Origin: a virus
Taxonomy: Duplodnaviria > Heunggongvirae > Uroviricota > Caudoviricetes
Direction: 5' to 3' (one strand)
DNA: 7,538 nt
Virus record (IMG/VR): IMGVR_UViG_3300014520_000035
A program made the position numbers and the translations under genes. A model generated the notes under the pieces. The model was not told the origin of the DNA, made no database searches, and saw nothing but the letters and a program-made list of their open reading frames with translations. Below, piece by piece: positions 7,265 through 7,538 of the stretch (position 1 is its first letter; each line of letters opens with the position of its first letter).

Positions 7265-7297
7265 TCGAGCGGGTTTTTCCATTTTTTGAGTCTCGAT
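7265..7297 (+). terminator. Strong + strand intrinsic terminator about 100 bp upstream of the essD start
   Basis: Perfect 8-bp stem aaacccgc (7265-7272) / gcgggttt (7279-7286), 6-nt loop, followed by ttccatttttt. The - strand orientation lacks a U-tract. Confidence 0.6.
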
Positions 7298-7399
7298 ATT
7301 AGCTGATAACCCAATACCTGAGTTATTCACTGACTCCGAGTCTGTTACGTTTCGTAGTATTCCCTCAACTTACACCCGCTTTGTCTGCGAGGTGGGGTT

Positions 7400-7468
7400 A
7401 TGAAATCCATGGATAAGTTAACAACGGGTGTCGCCTATGGCACCTCAGCAGGTAGTGCCGGGTACTGA
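7400..7468 (+). pseudogene. essD: Holin gene essD (lambdoid S-like, phage-21-type), truncated after codon 22 by IS insertion
   Basis: GAGGTGGGG Shine-Dalgarno then ATG 7400; translation [22 protein letters not shown] matches the N-terminus of the DLP12/phage-21 holin. The frame then hits a TGA supplied by the first bases of the IS terminus instead of continuing into the transmembrane region. Confidence 0.75.
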
Positions 7469-7538
7469 GAGATCCCCTCATAATTTCCCCAAAACGTAAC
7501 CATGTGTGAATAGATTTTGAGTAAGCAGGGTTGCAGCC
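7465..7538. mobile_element. Terminus of an IS10-like (IS4-family) insertion sequence, extending beyond the window
   Basis: ctgagagatcccctcataatttcccc... closely resembles the IS10 end as I recall it, with a few substitutions in the following 50 bp, which suggests a relative rather than IS10 itself. Confidence 0.8.
7478..7538 (-). CDS. 3' end of IS10-like transposase gene (partial; C-terminal ~19 codons ...AATLLTQNLFTHGYVLGKL-stop)
   Basis: Reverse-complement translation of 7478-7538 gives a peptide nearly identical to the IS10 transposase C-terminus I recall (...AATLLAQNLFTHGYALGKL); the stop codon is the reverse complement of tca at 7478-7480. Confidence 0.7.
   Translation of the reverse strand, partial: AATLLTQNLFTHGYVLGKL

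Noticed and set aside
7456-7464. Assigning a precise 9-bp IS10 target-site duplication at the essD insertion point
   Set aside because: Only one IS end is inside the window, so the duplication cannot be verified, and the first bases of the IS end are ambiguous with the native essD sequence.

Overview
This window looks like the early-right / nin / late-regulatory part of a DLP12-like defective lambdoid prophage of Escherichia coli or Shigella. All gene calls rest on my recognition of the supplied translations; no database search was run. Gene order on the + strand is emrE, ybcK (large serine recombinase), an unrecognised cassette, then the conserved block ybcN-ninE-ybcO-rusA-ylcG-quuD, followed by the convergent porin gene nmpC on the - strand. 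At the right edge the holin gene essD is cut after codon 22 by the terminus of an IS10-like element. The most interesting part is 2242-3681: where I recall E. coli K-12 carrying ybcL-ybcM-ylcH, this window has two small AT-rich ORFs I cannot assign to any family, flanking about 430 bp that is stop-saturated in all six frames yet more G+C-rich than its neighbours. I read that as a candidate structured non-coding RNA, possibly part of an undescribed accessory module, but its function is hypothesis only. No CRISPR array, tRNA or rRNA is evident.
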